A DNA stretch of 64,000 nucleotides, taken from the human T2T-CHM13v2.0 reference genome, Homo sapiens. Numbering within the stretch: the first letter of the stretch is position 1; the number at the start of each line of letters is the position of its first letter. The notes under the pieces are model-generated. The model saw only the letters and a list, made by a program, of their open reading frames with translations. It did not search any database and was not told the origin of the DNA. The position numbers and the translations under genes are program-made. The stretch lies in the NCBI RefSeq assembly GCF_009914755.1, contig NC_060925.1; one strand, 5' to 3'. This document shows, one piece after another, positions 55,814 through 64,000 of the stretch.

Positions 55814-58331
55814 AAATCTTGGTTATTGTAAATAATGCTGCAATAAACATTTGAGTGCAGATATCTCTTTGATATTCTGATGTCCTTTCTTTTGTTTATA
55901 TACTCAATAGTGGAATTGCTGGATCATATGGTAGCTCTATTTTTAGTTTTTTGAGGAGCCTCCAAACTGTTCTCCATAGTGGTTGTACTAATTTATATTT
56001 CCACCAGCAGTGTAGGAAGGTTCCCTTTTCTCCACATCCTCGCCAGCATCTGTTATTGCCTGTCATGGATAAAAGCCATTTTAACTGGGGTGAAAAGATA
56101 TCTCGTAGTTTTGATTTGCATTTCTCTGATGATCAGTGATATTGATTACCTTTACATATACCTGTGTGTCATTCGTATGTCATCTTTGGAGAAATGTTTA
56201 TTCAGATGTTTTCCCATTTTTTAATAAGATTGTTAGATTTTTCTTCTATAGAGTTGTTTGAGAACCTTATAGATTCTGGTTATTAATCCCTTGTCAGATG
56301 GGTCGTTTGCAGATATTTTCTCCCATTCTGTGGGTTGTTGCTTGACTTTGTACATTGTTTCCTTTGCTATGCAGAAGATTTTTACCTTGATGTGATCCCA
56401 TTTGTCCATGTTTGCTTTGGTTGCCTGTGCTTGTGTGGTATTACTCAAGAAATTTTTGCCCAGGCTAATGTCCTTAAAAGTTTCCCCAATATTTTCTTGT
56501 AGTGGTTTTATAATATGAGACCTTAGATTTAAGTCTTTAATCCATTTTGATTTGATATTTGTATATGGTGAGAGATAGGGTTCTTCTGCATATGGATAAT
56601 CAGTTTTCCCAACAACATTTATTGAAGAGACTGTCCTTTCCCCAATGTATTTTCTGAGCAACTTTGTCAAAAATGAATTCATTGTAGATGTGTGGGTTTA
56701 TTTCTAGGTTCTCTATTCTGTGCCGTTTTGGTTATGTAGCTCTGTCATATAATTTGAAGTCAGTAATGTGATTCTTCCAGTTCTGTTCTTTTTGCTTAGG
56801 ATAACTTTGGCTATTCTGAGTTTCTGTGCTGTCATGTAAATTTCAGGATTGTTTTCCCTATTTCTGTGAAGAATATCTTTGGTATTTTGATAGGGATTGC
56901 ACTGAATCTGTTGATTGCTTTGTGTAATATGGACATTTTAACAAGATTGAGTCTTCCGATACACGGACATGAAATATCTATCCATTTGTGTGTGTGTGTG
57001 CTCTTTAATTTCTTTCAAAAGTGTTTCATAGTTTTCATTGTAGAGATCATTTACTTCTTTGATTAATTCCTAGGTATTTAATTTTATTTGCAGCTATTGT
57101 AAATAGGATTACTTTTTAAATTTCTTTTTCAGATTGTTTACTGTTATAAAAATGGTTTTTGTATGTTGATTTTGTGTGCTACAACTTTATTGAATTTGTT
57201 TATCAGTTCTAATAGTTTTTTGGTGGAGTCTTTAGTTTTTTCAAATGTAAGATTATATCATTTGCAAACAAGGATAATTTGACTGCTTCCTTTCCGATTT
57301 GATGCTCTTTATATCCTTCTCTTTTCTGACTGCTCTAGCTAGAACTTTCAGTACTATGTTGAATAACAGTGGTGACAGTGGACATTCTTGTCATGTTCTA
57401 GATCTTAGAGGAAAGGCTTTCAGTTTTTCCCAGTTCAGTATAATACTAGTTGTTGGTCTGTTGTATGTGGTTTTTATTATGTTGAGGTATGTTCCCTCTA
57501 TCCCCAGTTTTTGGAGGGTTTTTACCATGAAGGGATGTGGAATTTTGTGAAATGCTTTTTCAGCTTCAATGGAAATGATTATATGGTTTGTGTCCTTTAT
57601 TCTGTTGATGTGATGTATCACATTTATTGATTTGCATATGTTGAATCATCCTTGCATTCCAGGGATAAATCCTACTTGGCCATGATGAATGATCTTTCTA
57701 ATGTGTTGTTGAATTTGGTCTGCTAGTGCTTTGCTGAGGATTTTTGCATCAATATTCATCAATGATATTGGCCTGTAATTTCCTTTTTTGATGTGTCTTT
57801 GTCTGATTTTGGTATAAGGGTAATACTGGCCTTGTAGAGTGAGTTTGTAAGGATTCCTTCCTCCTTTATTTTTCTAAATAGTTTGATTCAGATTGATATT
57901 ATTTCTTCTTTAAATGTTTGGTAGAAATCAGCAGCGAAGCCATCAGGTCCTGGACTTTTCTTTGCTGGGAAACATTACAGCTTTGGTATTGTTGTTTGTT
58001 ATTGGTCTGTTCAGGTTTTTGGTTTCTTCCTTGTTCACTCTTGGTAGGTTGGCTATATCTAGGAATTTATACATTTCTTCCAGATTTCCTAATTTATTGA
58101 AATTATGTTTGCTCATAGTAGCCACTGTTGATCCCTTGAACATCTACAGCATCAGTTGTAATATCTCCTTTTTCACCTCTGATTCTATTTATTTGGTTCT
58201 TTTTTCTTTTTTTTTTTTTTTGTCTGGCTAAATGTTTGTCAATTTTGTTTAACTTTTAAAAAAACAATTTTTTGTTTCATTGATCTTTTATTCTGTTTTC
58301 TTCATTTCAGTTTCATTTATTTCTGCTCTGA

Positions 58332-58626
<295 letters not shown>

Positions 58627-60742
58627 TCTGCTCTGATCTTTATTACATCTTTTCTTCTAATTTTGAGTTTGGTTTACTCTTGGTTTTCTAGTTCTTTAAG
58701 ATACAGTGTTAGGTTGTTTATATGAAGTTTTTCTTCTTTTTTGATGTAAGCTCTTATGTCTATAAACTTTCCTCTCAGTGCTGTATCCTGTAGGTTTTGG
58801 TATGTTATATTTTTATTATCTTTTTTACAAGATATTTTTCAATTTCCTTCTTGATTTCCTTATTGACTCACTCATCATTCAGAAACATATTGTTTAATTT
58901 CATGTATTTATATAGTATTCAAAATTCCTTGTTACTAATTTCTAGTTTTATTCCATTGTGGTTAGACACTTGATATTTTTTCAGTTCTTTTTAATGTTTT
59001 AAGACTTATTTTGTGACTTAACATATGATCTGTCCTTGAAATTGATCCATGTGCTGAGGAAAAGAAGGTGTATTCTTCAACTGTTGAATGAAATGTTCTG
59101 TAAATATCTAGTAGGTTCATTTGTTCTATAGTGCAGATTTAACTGATGTTTCCTTGTTGATTTTCTGTCTGGAAGATCTGTGTAATGCTGAAAGTGGGGT
59201 GTTGAAGTCTCCAGCTGTTACTCTATTGGGGTTTATTAGAGCTACTCTTTAGCTCTAATAATATTTGCTTTATATATCTGAGTTTTCCAGTGTTGGGTCC
59301 ATAGATACTTAAAATTGTTATATCCTTTTGCAGAACTGACCCTTTTATCATTATATAGTGACCTTCTTTGTCTCTTCTTATAGTTTTGTCTTGAAATCTA
59401 TTTTGTCTATTAGAACTATAACTACTCCTACTTTTTTGGTTTCCATTGGGATGGAATATCTTTTTCCATTCCTTTGGTTTTAGTCTACATATGTCTTTTT
59501 AGGTAAAGTGTTTTTCTTGTAGGCAACAGATCATTGAGTCTTGTTTCTTTATCCATTCAGCCACTTTGTGTCTTTTTATTGTAGAGTTTAGTTCATTTAC
59601 ATTCAATGTTATTATTGGTAATTAAAGACTTACTACTGCCTATTTGGTTTTGGTTGTTTCGTGGTCTTCTTATCCCTCTTTCCTTCCTTCCTGTCTTCCT
59701 TTTGGTTAAGGTGATTTTCTCTGTTGGTATGATTTAATTTCTTGCTTTTTATTTTTTTGTGTATCTGTTGTATGTTTTCTGATTTGAGGTTACCGTGAGA
59801 CTTGCAAGTAATATCTTATAACCCATTATTTTAAGCTATAACAACTTCACACTGTTTGTATAAACAAGCAAAAAGAAAACTGAGTGAAAACTCTACATGT
59901 TAACTTCATCCCCCAGATAGTTAATCTTTTGTTGCTTCTATTTATATCTTATTATACTGCCTGATTTCAAAAATTGTAGTAGTTACTATTTTCTGTTGGC
60001 TCATATTTTAATCTTTCTATTTAATATAAGAGAAGTTTATATACCACAGTTACAGTTTTATAATATTCTGTGGGGTTTTTTTCTGTGTATTTACTGTTAC
60101 TAGTGAGTTTGTACTTTCAGTTTATTTCTTATTGCTCATTAATGTCCTTTTCTTTCTGATTGAACTACTCTCTTTAGCACTTCTTGTAGAACAGATCTAG
60201 TGTTTAAGGCCTTTGGCTTTTGTTTCTTTGAGAAAGTCTGTATTTCTCCCTCATGTTTGAAGGATATTTTCACCAGGTATACTATTCCAGGATAAAAGTT
60301 TTTTTTTTTTCTTTAGCAGTTTACATATGTCATGCCACTGTCTCCTGGCCCATAAGGTTTCCACTTAGCTTACTGTCTGACTTAGAGCTCCATTGTATGT
60401 TATTTGTTTCTCTTCTCTTGCTGCTTTTAGGATACTTTTTTTATCCTTAACCTTTGGGAGTTTAACTATTAAATGTTTTGAAGTAGTCCTCTTTGGGTTA
60501 AATCTGCTTGGTGTTCTATTAGCTTCTTGTACTTGGATTTTGATAGCATTCTCTAGGTTTGTGAAATTCTTTGCTATTATCTCTTTGGATAAACTTTCTA
60601 ACCTTATCTCATTCTCTACATTTTTTTAAGGCCAATAACTCTTAGCTTTGCTTTTTTGAGGCTACTCTGTAAATCTTCTAGGTGTGCTTCATTTTTTTTT
60701 CTATTATGTCCTCTGAGTGTGTATTTTCAAATAGTTTGTCTT

Positions 60743-61825
60743 TTTTGTCTATTTTTATTATTATATTTTAAGTTCTAGGGTACATGTGCACAACATGCAG
60801 GTTAGTTACATATGTATACATGTGCCATGTTAATGTGCTGCACCCATTAACTCATCATTTACATTAGGTATTTCTCCTAATGCTATCCCTCCCCCCTCCC
60901 CCCACCCCACAACAGGTCCCAGTGTGTGATGTTCCCCACCCTGTGTTGCCAAGTGTTCTCATTGTTCACTTCCCACCTATGAGTGAGAACATGCGGTGTT
61001 TGGTTTTCTGTCCTTGCAATAGTTTGCTCAGAATGATGGTTTCTAGCTTCATCCATGTCGCTACAAAGGACATGATTCCATTCAGGACATAGGCATGGGC
61101 AAGGACTTCATGACTAAAACACCAAAAACAATGGCAACAAAAGCCAAAATAGACAAATGGGATCTAATTAAACTAAAGAGCTTCTGCACAATAAAAGAAG
61201 CTACCATCAGAGTGAACAGGCAACCTACAGAATGGGAGAAAATTTTTGCAATCTACCCATCTGACAAAGGGCTAATATCCAGAATCTACAAAGAACTTAA
61301 ACAAATTTACAAGAAAAAATCAAACAACCCCATCAAAAAGTGGACGAAGGATATGAACAGACACTTCTCAAAAGAAGACATTTATGCAGCCAACAGACAT
61401 ATGAAAAAATGCTCATCATCACTGGCCATCAGAGAAATGCAAATCAAAACCACAATGAGATACCATCTCACACCAGTTAGAATGGCGATCATTAAAAAGT
61501 CAGGAAACAACAGGTGCTGGAGAGGATGTGGAGAAATAGGAACACTTTTGCACTGTTGGTGGGACTGTAAACTAGTTCAACCATTGTGGAAGACAGTGTG
61601 GCGATTCCTCAAGGATCTAGAACTAGAAATAGCATTTGACCCAGCCATCCCATTACTGGGTATATACCCAAAGGATTATAAATCATGCTGCTATCAAGAC
61701 ACGTGCACACGTATGTTTATTGCGCCACTATTCACAATAGCAAAGACTTGGAACCAACCCAAATGTCCATCAATGATAGACTGGACTAAGAAAAATGTGA
61801 CATATTTACACTATGGAGTACTATA
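60743..61825 (-). mobile_element. 5'-inverted (twin-primed) L1PA nested in L1MA ORF1: antisense 60743-61075, sense ORF2 piece 61078-61825
   Basis: TSD CAAATAGTTT(G/A)TCTT at 60728-60742 and 61826-61840; 245-aa ORF2 C-terminal ORF at 61095-61832. Confidence 0.93.
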
Positions 61826-64000
61826 CAAATAGTTTATCTTAAAGGTCACTAATTCTTTCTTCTGCTTGATCAACTGTATTTTTCAAATCCAGAATTTCTG
61901 CTTTATTCTTTTTAATTATTTCAATCTCTTTGTTCAGTTCATGTGATAGAATTTTGAATTCCTTCTCTGAGTTATCTTGAATTTCTTTGTGTTTTCTCAA
62001 AACAGGTATTTTGAATTCTCTGTCTGAAAGGTACCATGTGTCTCTTTCTCCAAGAGTGGTCCCTGGTGCCCTATTTAGTTTGTTTGGTGAGGTCATGCTT
62101 TCCTGGATTATGTTGATGGTTGTAGATATTCTTTGGTGTCTGGACATTGAAGGGTTAGGTATTTATTGTAGTCTTCTCATTCTGGGCTTATTTGTAACGG
62201 TCTTTCTTGGGAAGGCTTTCCAGGAATTCTCAAGTACTTGGGTGTTGTGATCTAAGCACTGCCTGCATGAAGGGGCACCCCAAGCCCGGTAACACTGTGG
62301 TTCTTACAGACTCATAAGATGCCGCCTTCGTGGTCTTAGATAAGATCTGGAAGAGTTCTGTGGATTACCAGGCAGAGACACTTGTTCTCTTCCCTTGCTT
62401 TCTTCCAAACCAACAGAGTTCTCTCTATGTTGAGCTGCCTGGAGCTGTGGGTTGATACAAGTGCCCCTGTGGTTACCACCACTGGGATTGCACTGGGTCA
62501 GACCTGGAGCCAGCATAGCATTTTGTCTCACTCAAGGCCCAGTATAACCACTACCAGGTTATCGCCTATGTTCTCTGAAGGCCCTAGGGCTCTACAATCA
62601 GCAGGTAGCAATGCCAGAAAGTCTTGTGTTTTTCCTTTCAGGGTAGTGAGTTCCCTTAGGCCCAAATGGGTCTAGAGTAGCTGTCCAGGTGCTAGGGACT
62701 AGAATGAAAACCTTCTAAATCTACCTGATGTTCCATTGTACTGTGCCTGAGCCTAAGCCACGAGTCACGGTTTTTCCCGTTCTTCCCTCCTCTTTCCACA
62801 AGCAGAGGAGCCTCAGCCCACGGCCATCACCAACACAGGCCCATGGGGAGTACTGCCAGGCTTCCACCAATGTTCATTTAAAGCCCAAGTGCTCTTTAGT
62901 CAGCTTATGGTGAATGTTGCCTGACCTAGGACTCACCCTTCAGGGTGGTGGGCTCCCCTCTGGCCCATGGCAGACTCAGAAATGCCATCTAAAAGCCAAG
63001 GCCTGGAATCGGGGACCCCAAGAACCTGCCTCATGCTCTATCTCCCTGTGGCCTAGCTGGTACCTAAGATGCAAGACAAAGTCCTGTTTACTTTTTCCTC
63101 TGCTTTCTTCGAGTAGATGGAGTCTGTCATCATAGCTACCACAGCTGGGAAAGTGCTGTGTCTCACCTGAAGCCAACATGTCTCAGAGTCTCACCCAAAA
63201 CCCATGGCATACTCCATGAGTATTGCATTGGTTATTCAGGGCCAAAGGGTTCTTTAGTCCACAGGTGATGGGATCTGCCATGACTGGGTACTTCCTTTCA
63301 AGTCAATGCGTTCCCTTCTGGCTGAGGGAGTTTCTCAAAATACTTTCTGGGAGCTAAGGCCTGAAATGGGGGTCTCACAACATTGTCTGGTACCCTATCC
63401 TACTGTGGCTGAGCTGGTATCCAAGATGCAAGTTAAAATCCTCTTTACTCTTCCCTTTCCTCTCCTCAAGCAGAAGCAAGGGGTCCCTTTTGGAGCCACA
63501 AGGGGTCTCTTTTGCAGCCTGGAGCTGGAGGAGGGTGGTGCAAGCACTGTATTAACCATTGTGTCTGGTGTCTCAGTAAGTTACATGTCCCCCCAGTCCA
63601 CTGGCTCTGACACCAGCCCAGCACAAGGACTCACCTACGACTTAGAGTCCTTATGGCCTAGATTGCCTTTCAAGTTTATTTAGGTGCCCAGAGCACTCCA
63701 TCCTGCAGTGGCAAGGCTTGCTGGAACTCAGATTTTGACTGCTCAGATGGGTGATTCCCATCTGGCTAGAGCCAGTCCATATGCTCCTTCCATGAGTGGC
63801 TGTCAGCTAAGTACAGCCTGGTTCTGCTTTTGCTATGACAGGACAGCACTGAATTAAGTGCAGCGTGTCACAATCACTGCATTCTTTCTCCCCAGATGCA
63901 CAGATTCTTCTTGCCATGCAGCCACTGCTGGGGGATGAGGGAATGATTGTGTTGGCAGTTCAAGACTTTTTCCTGCCCTATTCAATGCCTCTTTCTGTAA

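Overview
Primate, almost certainly human, AT-rich intronic DNA. The only cellular protein-coding sequence is the single-exon class A GPCR gene GPR52 (20093-21178, +, 361 aa). From established knowledge it is nested in an intron of RABGAP1L on 1q25 and transcribed in the same direction. No RABGAP1L exon was recognisable. GPR52 lies in a repeat-poor island of about 6 kb (17.1-23.4 kb) with candidate promoter, splice, uORF and polyA signals. The rest is layered transposon debris: about 18 Alus (many with TSDs), old L1M/L1MA, L2, MIR, CR1/L3, MaLR/ERVL LTRs and MER DNA transposons. The most unusual features are L1 structures. (1) A TSD-bounded, 5'-inverted L1PA lost about 3 kb of ORF2 but keeps an intact 338-aa ORF1 in the host-sense orientation. 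(2) A younger L1PA joined at exactly the homologous position of an older inverted L1. (3) Two independent inverted L1s share nearly the same ORF2 breakpoint. (4) A roughly 90-bp L1PA2-type tail has no TSD. I found no evidence of a wholly new multi-gene system. Repeat subfamily calls were made by eye and need RepeatMasker/Dfam confirmation.
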